Assembly: GCF_964194155.1 (NCBI RefSeq)
Contig: NC_135889.1
Coordinates: forward strand, 70,060,001-70,124,000
Direction: 5' to 3'
DNA: 64,000 nt
From: Cetorhinus maximus
Taxonomy: Eukaryota
The position numbers were made by a program, and so were the translations under genes. Shown piece after piece: positions 11,566 to 23,035 of the stretch (its first letter is position 1; each line of letters begins with the position of its first letter). The notes beneath the pieces were generated by a model. The model saw only the letters and a program-made list of their open reading frames with translations. It was not told the origin of the DNA and did no database searches.

Positions 11566-14472
11566 TCAAAGTGAAATCAAGTAATAAATTAAATCAAAGT
11601 AAAATAAAGTTAGCGTAAGTGTAGCAAAGTTAAGTTGCTAATAATTTATTCTACTCATTTTACTTTAAGTGTAATAAATAGTTTTTAGAGTTATGGGATG
11701 AAAGGTCAGATCAGCTGAACTGAGTGGAATGTACATCCTGCAGTATGTGTGAAGTCGTGGACGCACCATGTGTCCCTGACAAATACATCTGTTGGAAGTG
11801 TCACCAGGTGCACAAGCTTGAGCTCTGGGTTGTTGTGCATCCGTGAGGCAGAGGACTAAGTGGATAGCATGTTTAGAGAGGTGCTCACACCGCAGGTCAG
11901 AAGTGTACAGTCAGAGAGGGAATGGGTAACTGCTAGGCAGTCTAAGAGAACCAGGCAGGTAGTGCAAGAGTCCCCTGAGCCTCTCCAGCTTGCTAATCGG
12001 TTTTCCATTTTGGATGCTGATGAGGGCAATGGTTCCTCAGGGAAGTGCAGCCAGAGCCAAGCCTGTGGCACCATAGGCGGCTCAGCTGTACAAGGGCGGA
12101 GGAAGAAGAATGAAAGGGCAATTGTGATAGGGGACTCCATAGTCAGGGGATCAGACAGGAGTTTATGCGGCAGTAAACGTGACTCCAGGATGGTGTATTG
12201 CCTCCCTGGTGCCAGGATGTCATGAAATGGCTGCAGGACATCCTTCGGTGGAGGGGATCAGCCAGAAGTCATGGTCCACATTAGTATCAATGACATAGGT
12301 GGGAAGAGAGATGAAGTCCTGAAAGCAGATTTTGGGAGTTAGGAAATTAAAAAGTAGGACCTCAAGAGCAGTAATCTCGGGATTACTCCCAGTGCCATGT
12401 GCTAGTGAGCATAGGAATAGGAGGATTGATCGATTAAATATGTAGCTGGAGAACTGATGTAGGAGGGAGGGCATCAGATTTCTGAGGCATTGGGACCAGT
12501 GGGGCAGGTGGGACCTGTACAAGCTGGACAGGTTACATCTTAACAGGACTGGGACTGATATATACGTTGGAAGATTTGCTAGTGCTGTTGGGGAGGGAGA
12601 ATATGAATGTAATCTAGCAAACAACATAAAAACACATTTTCAAATCTTCTATAGGTATGTAAAAAAAAAACGTTTGACTAAGACAAATGTGGGTCCATTA
12701 CAGGCAGATGCAGGAGAATTCATAATGGGGAATAGAGAAATTGCAGAGAAGCTAAATGATTACTTTGTGTCTGTTTTCACTGAGGAAGATATAGGATCTC
12801 CCAGATTTAGAGATCCAAGGGGCTAGGGAGAATGAGGAGTTGAAGGAAATTAGTATAAGTAAGAAGGTTGTATTGGAGAATTAATGGGACTAAAAGTTGA
12901 TAAGTCCCTGGTACCTGATATTCTGCATCCCAGAGTGTTGAAGGAAGTTGCTGTGGAGATAATGGATGCATTGGTGATCATTTTCCAAAATTCTCTAGAT
13001 TCTGGAAAGGTTCCTGAAGGTTGGAAGGTAGCAAATGTCACCCCACTATTTAAGAAGGGAGGGAGAGAGAAAACAGGGAACCACAGACCTATTAGCCTTA
13101 CATCAGTAGTAGGGAAAATGCTAGAATCTAGTATAAAGGATGTTATAAATAGATACTTGGATAATCATGACCTGATTGGCCATAGTCAGCATGGATTTGC
13201 GAAAGGGAAATTATGTTTGACGAGCTCGTTGGAGTTTTGTGAGGATGTTACCAACAAAATTGATAAAGGAGAGTCGATGGACGTAGTATACTTAGATTTT
13301 CAGAAGGCTTTTGATAAAGTCCCCCACAGGAGGATGATTAGCAAAATAAAAGCACATGGGATGGGAGGCAACATACTGGCATGGATTAAGAATTGGCTAA
13401 CAGGCAGGAGACAGAGAGCAGGAATAAATGGGTCATTCTCCCGTTGGCAGGCTGTGACTAGTGGGGTACCGCAAGGATCAGTACTTGGGCCCCAGTTGTT
13501 CACAATATTATTCAATGATTTGGATGTGTGGATCAAATGTAATATTTCCAAGTTTGCGGATGATACAAAGCTAGGTGGGAATGTGTGTTGTGAGGAAGAT
13601 GTAAAGCAGCTACAGGAGTATTTGGACAGACTGAGTGAGTGGGCAAGAACATGGCAGATGGAATATAATGTGGAAAAATGTGAGGTTATCCACTTTGGTA
13701 GAAAGAACAGATGTGCAGAGTATTTCCTAAATGGTAAGAGATTAGAAAGTGTAGATGTACAAAGGGACCTGGGTATCCTTGTCCATAAGTCACTGAAAGC
13801 TAACATGCAGGTGCAACAGGCAATTAGGAAGTCTAATGGAACGTTAGCCTTTATCGCAAGAGGAATTGAGTACAGGAGTAGTGAAGCCTTGTTTCAATTG
13901 CGAGAAGCTTGGTTAGACTGCACCTGGAATACTGTGCGCAGTTTCGGTCCCCTTACCTCAGAAAGGGTATTATTGCCATAGAGGGAGTGCAACAAAGGTT
14001 CACCAGACCTGTTCCAGCGATAGTGGGACTGTCTTATAAGAGAGATTGGGGAAACTGGGCCTGTATTCTCTAGAGTTTTGAAGAATGAGAGGTGATCTCA
14101 TTGAAACCTACAAAATACTTAAAGGAATAGACAGGTAGATGCAGGTAAGATGTTTCCCTTGGTTGGGGAGTCTAAAACCAGGGGACACAATTTCAAAATA
14201 AGGGGGAAAGCCACTTAGGACCAAGATGAGGAGAAATTTCTTTCCTCAGAGGGTTGTGAATCTTTGGAATTCTCTACCCCAGAGGGTTGTGGAAGCTCAG
14301 TCATTGAGTATGTTTAAGGTGGTGATTGATATAAAAATAATGTAAAGGGTTATGGGGTTAGTGTTGGTAAAAGGCATTGAAGTGTTCGATCAGCCATGAT
14401 TGTATTGAATGGTGGAGCAGGCTCGACTGGCCAAATGGCCTTTTTCTGTCCCTATATTCCTTTGTTCCTATG
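11566..14472 (+). mobile_element. Long CR1 LINE (ORF1 zinc finger and SGNH esterase, ORF2 RT, 3' tail) with the endonuclease region deleted
   Basis: ORF1 CxxC...CxxC and IVIGDSIVRG; ORF 12884..13981 RT (YLDFQKAFDKVPH, GVPQGSVLGP, KFADDTK); tail cctatattcctttgttcctatg; ORF1 end (FASAVGEG) fused to the post-endonuclease linker at ~12598. Confidence 0.92.
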
Positions 14473-14556
14473 TTACATGGACAATTTGTCCATCCGGCTT
14501 GACAAAGGTAAAAAGTCCTGCTGAAATATGTAGGTATGGTTGCAAGGCTAATAGAA

Positions 14557-15011
14557 GGGGGGTAGTAGCATAGTGGTAATGTTACTGGACTAGTAATACA
14601 GAGGCCCCGGTGAATGCTCTAGAGATATGAGTTCAAAGTCCACCATGACAGCTGGAGAATTACATTCAGTTAATGAAATAAATCTGGAATAAAACACTAG
14701 TCTCGGTAATGATGGTCATGAATCCACCAGGTTGTCATAAAAACCCAACTGGTTCACTTCAGCAGAGGAAATCTGCTGTAAGAGCAAAAATATGCTGCAA
14801 GAACACAGCAGATCAGGCAGTGTCTGTGGAAAGAAACAATGTTGAGGAAATCTGCTATCCTTACCTGGTCTTGCCTATGTGTGACTCCAGACCCATAGCA
14901 ATGAGGTTGACTCTTAACTGCCCTCTGAGGTGGCCTTTCCAGCCACACAGGGATGGGCAATAAATGCTAGCCTTGCCAGCAACATTCACATCCCTAGAAA
15001 GAATTAAAAAA
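14557..15011 (+). mobile_element. tRNA-derived SINE sharing its 3' tail with the LINE at 1509-2160
   Basis: A box tagcatagtgg, B box gagttcaaagtcc; tail gggatgggcaataaatgctagccttgccagcaacattcacatccc; second copy at 37314-37687(-). Confidence 0.85.
14778..14843 (-). mobile_element. 66-bp Penelope pLTR tail insertion inside the SINE
   Basis: 13-bp TSD gaggaaatctgct (14765-14777, 14844-14856); insert resembles the Penelope tail (cagcag.tc.ggcag..tc.gtgga.ag). Confidence 0.75.
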
Positions 15012-16617
15012 GAGATTAATAAGAATTGTGTAATCTGTGTCATCATATCCTGATGTGAGCCTTGCATTGGCATGTGACCTTAACTAAGTCGTGCTTATGG
15101 AACAAACACAGAAATATTTTCATTCTACACTTTGTAGAATTGGCGACCAGATTTAATCTTTCTACAATAATACGCAGAAATATAAAAGCGTTATTAGTGA
15201 CAGATTCATGGAGAAACATATAGGAAAGGGACTTGGACACCAGTGAGGTTCCTGATTGATAATAATGGGGAATTTGGCAATGATAAGTTCAGAGACATGT
15301 GAAAATCTGAACATCATGGTCATGAATACCATAGTTGAAAGTCTTCTCAGCAATTGACTCTGTGAAAGAAATCGTGCAGTGATAGAAGAAATGCTGCATA
15401 AACTCTCAGCTGATCAACCAAGCTGACAACTGCCCTGGAATGGGCAGTTCATGCAAAGAATTCACTCCAGATGGTTGGAGGATAAAGTCCCTGTCAATTA
15501 GACTAGAGGCAAGATCCCAAATTATCTTCTGTGCTATGTGATACACTTCCTGTTCTATAAAGTATCATAATTGGTCCAATTTTTTCTGCATATTTGAATG
15601 CTTGACATGCATGGACTCAGGCTTTCATTAAGGTGGAGACCTCAGAGAAAATTCAGAGAGCACTGAGGCATCACATCACACCATTTGAGACACAGTTTAA
15701 TTCAGGAGATTTGGTATAGTATAAAAGAAAGGGGTATAACAAATGTAAAGGCCCTAGTAAGGTAAAAGGCTTGATGGTAAGACACTATTTACCAAATATG
15801 GCAATCAAGTTGTTAAGGTTCATTCCTTATGATTAATCGGAATTAATTACAAAATCTCAGGCTCTGAGCAGCTGAAAGAAGTAAACGAGGCACCTTACAC
15901 CTCAAATGTTAATGTGTTTTATAATGAAGGTACTGAGGAACAGAATACTGTAGATCAAGGGCTGGATAGTGGTAATATGAATGATTGTGACATACATGGA
16001 AGAACTATCACATCCACAGCCCAACTGGATAATTGGGTGACATAATATTTCAGAGGGGTCTAGTGAATGGGGGGATTTGGAAATTGTGGAATGTGTAGGA
16101 AAAACTATGGGCGAGTTTGAATATTGATTGAATGTTTAGGATGATGGCCAAGAAGTGAGGGCCTTCTGGCAGAATAGGATGGAAGAGTGGAGAGTAAGAA
16201 AGCCCTGTGCAAGTCCTGACTGTAAGTTTAGAAGCAACTTGTGTGTCAGAACACAATCACATCTTGGAGAAAGAGCCTCTGATTGTGCAAAAGGGAGATC
16301 ACACTAACAGTTCTAGCAGACATAAAAGTGGCTGCAGCTTGAATAGATTAGACAATGAAATCAAGGCCACAGAACAGCCTTGCAACATAACTATTTTTTT
16401 TTCTCTGTGAGAGAATTTGTTTTGCTGAATGTAGGTTGTGTTCAACTAAAAATGCATCCTACAATGTTCCATAGGTGTCGTGTGGCTAGGCAGCTTCTGT
16501 CTTCTGAGAAAATGGTTTGCACCATGATAGTCAACTCTGTGTCAGACATTGCCTGGTGTGGCTCAGGAGCCTCATTCTGGCATGACAGTCTCTGATGCAT
16601 TTGTGGTTTTATTAGTA

Positions 16618-19600
16618 TGTTATGATCCTTGGCCAGACCCCCAAGTTGGTGGCTTGACCCTGTTCGGGACCAATAATGTTTTGTTTAAAGTAGACAAAGT
16701 TTGAGATTTAAGACACAGGGCGGAATCATCCCAGATTTGCACTAAGTGCAATAGTGGGCGGGTAAAATGACGTTTTACCCGCTGGCCGCAATGGCGGCTT
16801 CTCATGCCATATTGTCCCGAACACGCCGCATTAATTATGCATTCCCAGAAAACATGTTGTTTCCATGGTGGGTGGGCTCTCATCTGCCCGCCATGCCATT
16901 ACCTCGCTTCTTCTTCACACCAGGTGCCATATTTAAAGTGCAGCCACTTGCATACCTCTCAATGCTTCCAGCCCACGACCGCTGAAAAGAAGACATGGCT
17001 AAAAGGCAAGAAGACTGCAGTCCCCTGGTTCAATGATGCATCCTTCAAGCGCCTTTTCGACGCAGTGGGGGCTCGCCTTGATGTCCTCTACCCCTGCTCT
17101 GGCCACAGGATGGGCAGCGACATCGCTAATCTGGCTTGGGAGGCGGTGGTAGTGGTGGTTTGCGCCAAAGCCCTGCAAAAGAGGACAGCCACCCAGTGCC
17201 GCAAGAGGATGAATGATCTCCTCCGTTCCGCCAGGGTAAGTCACTCTTCTCATCGCTCTCAACTCACACACTCACAAACCCACCACACACCCACAGGGCC
17301 CTCATTCGCTGCCGGTTCAAGGGACATCACCATTCACTCTCTCACACTCACAGTCATTGTCCTCATCCCATCCATGGGACCACTCACCACCCACGCAAGC
17401 TAGGCATATTTATCATCTGGCCTAGCAGGTACCCTGCTTACACTGTCTCCATCTTTATTCTTGCAGGACAAGCTGGCACACAACAGGAGGGAGAGGTCAT
17501 AAACTAGTGGAGGAATGCCTGAAATCAAGGTCCTCATGGACTTGAAAACAGCCATCCAGCTGGCTGGCGAGGATCTGGACCGTTCCTGTGCTGATGGTGA
17601 GGTTGCCTATGCTCTACCAAGTGAGGGACCAGCAGTGCAACATCCATCAGATAACCATGCTGTGAGCGATGTGTCCTGTTTCACAGGCCACTGCCATGCA
17701 CTAATTATCTCTCCTTGCTTTCACAGGCACATCCAGGAAACTGCCAAGAGAGTCCACAACCCAGGGTCCCCAATCAAGCCCAAGGGAAATTCAGAAGGGG
17801 AATACGCTGAAACCCTCCCCGAAGACCCATCACAGTGCTCACCCACACCCTCCACCAGTGCAGAGACACACACCTTAGTGGGACCAAGCTTTATGGTAGC
17901 CTCAGGATCGCAATCTGCTGAGCACATCGCACTTTGATCCACAGCAGGCGGCGACAGGGAATTCCCAGGTCTCCGGCACTTGGAGCACTGGTGGAGGCCA
18001 GAAATTTGCTGAGTCCAAGCCAAAGTGTCGCATGGTGCATGGGTTAGCTTGGGTATACTAAGAACCTCTCTTGGTTACATCTGAAGGTCACTTAATGCAT
18101 CCTGGACAGTGCTGGCCAACCCATTGGATGGCCAGAGTTTAGTGCACTGCATGGCTGCCAGAAACCCCAACCACCTCTGCCCCACTCCACCTGGCAGCAG
18201 TTTTGCTCATTGGACTGCATGCTTGCTCTCAGCTCAGACACAGGCATTCTCCTAACCCACACTGCAAGGCTGCATTGTTAGTTTGAACCATGGGGTGACT
18301 GGTCCAAACTGGGATGATATTGCAAGGGGCTGTGAGCACCTCCACCAGTAACTGCTCCATGGCCAACTTTAGCGAGGAGGCTTTACAATGTGCCCAGTTG
18401 TCCAACTGTTTCATAGTCCACTAAAACGCTCATTAGTTTTCAGCCTGTGCCCAAGGTGTGAAATGCTCTTGAGCACTTGGTGGCATTTGCATGCCTCTGT
18501 GTTGCTTGAGTGGGCAGATAAGCTAGAGGCTCAACTCCACACATGTCAATGTGGTTGTGTCTGAACTGTTTCAGCTGCAGAAGGTCACTTTATACAAGGT
18601 TTCCCTAATGTGTGGCTGCTTCCCAACCCCCCCCACCCCCACCCGACATGTCCTCGTGCATTACCATCAACTGCCTTATAAGCCTTATATATGCTGTTGT
18701 GAAACATGTTGGTGTGCCGACTTCGATGGACAATCAAGCTGGAGGGCGGGGTGGAGATGGTGCGGATGATACTGACGGGCTGGCCTTATGCAGATGCATT
18801 ACAATGGGGTTCCCGATTTCTGGCCTTCTCACCATATTGTCACCCTTCTCACGCTGCCGAGCATGCCAGATGCCAGTGGTCACGGACCATACCGTTGACT
18901 TTCTAAGTGAATAAAGCCACAAGATTCCATGAGTTTGGAGCAAACAAAAATAAACTTTATAAGTTTAGAAAGATAACACAATTTACAATATCTATCACAT
19001 ACTCTAACATTCAGAGTAAGCATGAGGTACATATAAATTAACAGGCGAACTATGGTCGAACAGACCATCCTGCCCAGCAAATGCCAAATGCAACCAAAAC
19101 AGATTCCATGAATTTATCATAACCCTCCCAGACTTCAGTAACACAGTGAGCCAACTAATCTCACTGAAATTTCATCTTTCTCACGAGTGTTTCCAATCTC
19201 TGCATTTGAAGATCTCGCCTTGGAATTCTTTCCAAAAGTGGTCCCAACTCGGATGGCTTCAATGATGGCCCACCTTACAAGGTTTCAATCTCACCTTCCA
19301 AGATTCCGCTCCCTTAGATTTCTGAGCACACTCAAGCATCAACTTACAAGCGCAATTTCCGCTCTTCGGCCGCACCAAGCAGAACACCACTGCTCCAAAG
19401 GGATACCTTTGCCCCAGTGGCCCGCAGCACAGTGTCAGCAACCTTCGGATGCCTTCTTGGATCTTCAAAGCTTCTCTTGAGTCCTCTTCGACCATCTGAG
19501 CTTCTCCTGAGCCCACTTCATTTAAAGCCTGCCACCCGCAGCTCTTTCTTTAATGGAGATTGTTTCTCCTTTTCTTTACTCAACTGGGACTTGTTCCTAT

Positions 19601-19868
19601 CCCCTATCTCTTTTCCCTGCCTCTGGGACACTTCTTGGGACTTCTCCCTGTCCCCCTCCCTGGTTCCTCTCTCCGTGACACTTACTTTACTATGGAGCTC
19701 CGCAGCCGGTCAGCTGACCCAGGTTTTTCCGATTTGCAGACGTACAGGGCCTATCCTGGGCCTGAAGAACATGAAATGTCTGAACTGTGCATGTGCAGCC
19801 AGTTCCCGGCCTGTGCATGTGCGGGAACTCCGGAGACTGTGAATGAACAGGTAAGTTTGGGTTTCTTA
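16618..19868 (-). mobile_element. Solo LTR (reverse orientation), itself interrupted by a Harbinger element
   Basis: Starts tgttatgatcc like the 60888 LTR; 4-bp TSD agta (16614-16617, 19869-19872); 18880-19500 resembles 61000-61600; right terminal CA missing. Confidence 0.7.
16718..18876 (+). mobile_element. Internally deleted Harbinger carrying a Myb/SANT pseudogene (exons 16995-17235, 17467-17620, 17727-~18020)
   Basis: Left TIR gggcggaat; AWEAVVVVVCAKALQKRTATQCRKRMNDL; same introns as the 7996-9635 copy; right end homologous to 46520-46790; cag on both flanks. Confidence 0.85.
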
Positions 19869-19872
19869 AGTA

Positions 19873-20962
19873 TTATTAAGGGAAACTTTAAGGCGTCTTC
19901 ATGATATATGTTGATGATTTCTCACGAGGTGGTACAGTGGAATTTGAGAAATGCTTTATTAATAAGATTAGAGAGGAATTTAAAATTAGGGGCTGAATTT
20001 TTAGGTTGGCGGCGCGAAATCACACAAGATGACATCGGGCGAGCGTCCCGACATTATCCCGCACTTGCGCGATATTTCAGTCAGCGGGCGCTGCAGAAGT
20101 TGGAAGCGCCCCTGCCGACAAATAAGAGGTCAATTAAGGTAAGTAAAGGTGCAATTGTCTCCGATGTTTCATGGTCCATCCAACCTTACGGTTGGCGGAC
20201 GGATGGATCGACCAGGTGGACTTTGCATTTTTCATGAAACCTCATCCAAGGGCGGGATGAGGTTTCTGTTATTAAATGAAAGAAAAATAAAAATCTATGG
20301 ACAGCATTTTTATCATGTATATGTTAAGGTGACTGATTGTGATGCTTGCACATTTTTTTCCTGATTTTTAAAACTTTATTTAATGCTTTTCAGGTCTTCA
20401 GCTCCTTGAGGCAGCTCTCTGCTTTCAGGGAAGTTTCTGTCAGTGCTCACTGGCACCCGCGCTGACGTCAGCACCCACCCTCCTCCCGCCCCCACCTCGG
20501 CAGCACTGAGCTTCTCAGCGCGCATTTCACACTGGTTGGCCATTAATTGGCCAGCTGGTGTGAAATTACGGTCGGGGGCCAATTGTGCTCAGTGGTCCAT
20601 TCCCCGTCCTTTCCTGGGCCTGCCCGCTTGCCCGCCAACCTAGAAATCCTGCCCTAGGAGTCAGGCTTGTGGAGCTTTTAAATATATTAAGTATTAAACA
20701 AACTGGGTTTCAATAACTTTAAATCATCAATCCTATTTAGATAGTGTAACTCTCATCTCGGTTAATTGTACAAGGTCATTACAGAAAGATGATGTTATAT
20801 CTAAAGAGGAAACAAAGCAATTGTAAAGCTTTGAGCAATTGTAAAGCAGTTGAGCTGGTTGTGTATTCGTACTAGACCAGATGCTAGTTTTGATGTGTTC
20901 GGTTAAGTACTATGGGGAAACACCCTAAAGTTTTATGGGTAAATAAAGCATTAAGAAAGTTA
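19873..20962 (+). pseudogene. Copia reverse transcriptase core and C-terminus, split by a MITE at 19990-20654
   Basis: GVFMIYVDDF (YVDD 19907-19918) ... IREEFKI | SQACGAFKYI ... QLSWLCIRTRPDASFDV ... NKALRKL. Confidence 0.85.
19990..20654. mobile_element. Harbinger-type MITE
   Basis: TIR gggctgaatttttaggttggcgg / ccgccaacctagaaatcctgccc; TSD tag/tag; interrupts the Copia RT. Confidence 0.9.
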
Positions 20963-20963
20963 A

Positions 20964-21396
20964 TTTTATTTTATTTGTTCATGGACATGGACATTGCTGG
21001 TAAGTGCTGTATTTATTTCCGATCAATAATTGCCCTTGAGGAGGTGGTAATGAGCTGTCTTCTTGAAATATTGCAATCTATGTGGTATAGGTATGCCTAC
21101 AGTGCTGTTAAGGCAGAAGTTCCAAGATTTTGACCCAGCAACAATGAAGTAATAGCAATATTGTTCCAAGCTGGGGTGCTGTGTGATTTGGGGGGTAACT
21201 CCCAGGCATGGTGTTACCATGCGCCTGCTACACTTGTTCTTCCAGGTGATAGAGGTTATGGATCTAGAAGGCACTGCCGAAGGAGCCTTGGCAAGTTGCT
21301 CGAGTGCATTTTACAGATGGTACATACTACAGTCATGATGCATCGGTGGGGGAGGTAGTGAATGTTTAAGGTAGCGGATGAGGTGCTAATCAAGTG
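20964..21396 (-). mobile_element. LINE 3' fragment (same family as 1509-2160) inserted between Copia RT and RNase H
   Basis: ORF 21023..21274(-) AGSKSWN...HRLQYFKKTAHYHLLKGN. Confidence 0.8.
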
Positions 21397-21397
21397 T

Positions 21398-21660
21398 ACT
21401 TAAACATATGTGTGCTTAAGTTCCCATCTTAGGTGACCCAGCGAATTTGAAGCTAGCCATTTTTGGCGATGCTTCACATGCTAATTTTTCTAATGGATAT
21501 TCTAGCACAGCTGGTTTGATAGTATTTCTAATGGGGAGAATGGGAAATGTCCTTTAGTTTGGGAAGCTAAGAAAATAAGAAGGGTTGTGAAAAGTACTTT
21601 GGCTGCCACAACACTGGCTTTTGTGGAGGCAGTGGTTACAGGATTATATCTATCAAATCA
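21398..21660 (+). pseudogene. Copia RNase H
   Basis: LKLAIFGDASHANFSNGYSSTAGLIVFL ... PLVWEAKKIRRVVKSTLAATTLAFVEA. Confidence 0.85.
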
Positions 21661-22936
21661 GACTAGAACTGTGGTTATTAAATGAGGAGGTTCTGTTTGC
21701 AATGTGTAAATCTGTAAATAAATGCTATAAAAATGTATAAAGATTGGTTCATGTTCTGTCCTTCACCACTGGGTTTTGTAGATTTTACCATCAGGGTATC
21801 ATCCCATGGATTAATTTTGAAATATGCTAGCAAGAAAGTAGAGAAAAATTTCAGGCCACAGCTGACAATTGCTGTTGTTATATGTGTCAAGGCCTATGTT
21901 GTACAGCAGCTGCAGGTGTCATTGCAGCAGATGCCAGGGCAGGGCATCTTTCAATCTGCTAACCTAAATCCTGAGAAAGTAGTATCCCACATTTGTTGAC
22001 CTGCGTATCATTTGCCTCTGTTTCTACTGTAGCCCCTTCACTGCCAGAAAGGGGGTTAAAGACAAGAGCAAGGGAATACATTTTGCGGCAATGTTCTGAA
22101 AGCAATGTGTTTGATATTTTTGATCTTCGGTTGGAAGACATTGTTTTTCAGCCATAACAGGTATTTCTACAGCAGGAAGTAGCTGTAGGGTTGGGGGATG
22201 TGATGGTGAGGTGGAGCTAGATATCATCCACATGTAAACAGAAGCTGATCTCATGCTTCTGGATGATACTGAAATGTGAAGTCACAGAAACCCCAGGGTA
22301 ACACGAAGGAGTGAAGGCTTGGAATTATAGGGTCTCCTCCTCTTTTCCTTTTCCTTGTATCTGGGAAATATACATGCCCCAAGGGCAAAGTTCAAGAAAA
22401 TCATCCCCATCATGCCTGTGAGGCCCTGTATTTTTCTGTCTCTGTAAGCTGTGTAATATATTTAACCTAAGCACAAACTTTCTCTGAGTCAGGACAATTC
22501 GGCAGTCCTTTAAACATGGTGAATGGGACCCAATTCTGGGATTTCCACCCCCATTCCCGTTTCTGGCAATTTTTGCCAGCAAGGGATAAGGGTCCAGGTA
22601 GCCTGCCCACATGCAGCACATTCACCTTTGCCAGCTCCATTGCAGGGGCAAGCAGTTTAAACACCCTTACAATTTTAATGGCCTCTTCTGTATGTAGACA
22701 TAGTTCACAGCCTCTCAATGAAGGTATGAACCACAGGGGAACCCCAGTTCCAAGTTGAGAACCACAAAAAAGTCACCTGCTCCAGGAACTCTTTCATTGA
22801 CAGGCTTTGAAATACACACAAAAATTTTTCTTTCAGTTTCAATAGTTAATGCTGTATTGTAAGTTAGATGTGTTTTTACTGTAGTGATTGATTCTTGGGC
22901 TCTGTCCTGCAAAGTTAAATTGACCATTACTAAACC

Positions 22937-23035
22937 AGAGATCCCAAGCAGTGGTTTCTTCAGTTGTGAATGCATATGAGCACTTTTCCCATTCTTATGC
23001 ATTCACAACTGAAGAAAGCACTGCTTGGGATCTCT
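22937..23035. repeat. Near-perfect inverted repeat (40-bp arms, 19-nt loop)
   Basis: agagatcccaagcagtggtttcttcagttgtgaatgcata vs tatgcattcacaactgaagaaagcactgcttgggatctct, 39/40 complementary. Confidence 0.95.

Larger units (their letters stand above)
14473..16475 (+). pseudogene. Copia integrase (HHCC and DDE core), linker and RT fragment; split by a SINE at 14557-15011
   Basis: Translation across lesions: (KIVLK at 11551-11565) LHGQFVHP; CVIC; FILHFVELATRF; FLIDNNGEFGNDKFRDM (D at 15258); LCERN (15358); ALEWAVHAKNSLQMVGG; SEKIQRALRH; GDLV*YKR; KGPSKV. Confidence 0.85.
11185..21790 (+). mobile_element. Ancient Ty1/Copia (GalEa-like) LTR retrotransposon, gag-PR deleted, fragmented by nested insertions
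   Basis: 5' LTR ~11185-11375 and homologous 3' LTR remnant ~21661-21790; PBS-like tggtggtggag at 11376; domain order INT, RT, RNaseH is Copia-type. Confidence 0.85.

Noticed and set aside
13300-13806. 168-aa minus-strand ORF (also 3806..4135)
   Set aside because: Antisense open frame of the CR1 RT
14565-14645. tRNA gene
   Set aside because: A/B boxes continue into a SINE body and LINE-derived tail; no acceptor stem
19845-19856. Strong splice donor aacag|gtaagt
   Set aside because: Lies within the terminal part of the solo LTR; no supported upstream exon
20816-20847. 14-bp direct repeat agcaattgtaaagc
   Set aside because: Local duplication within the decayed Copia RT; two units only
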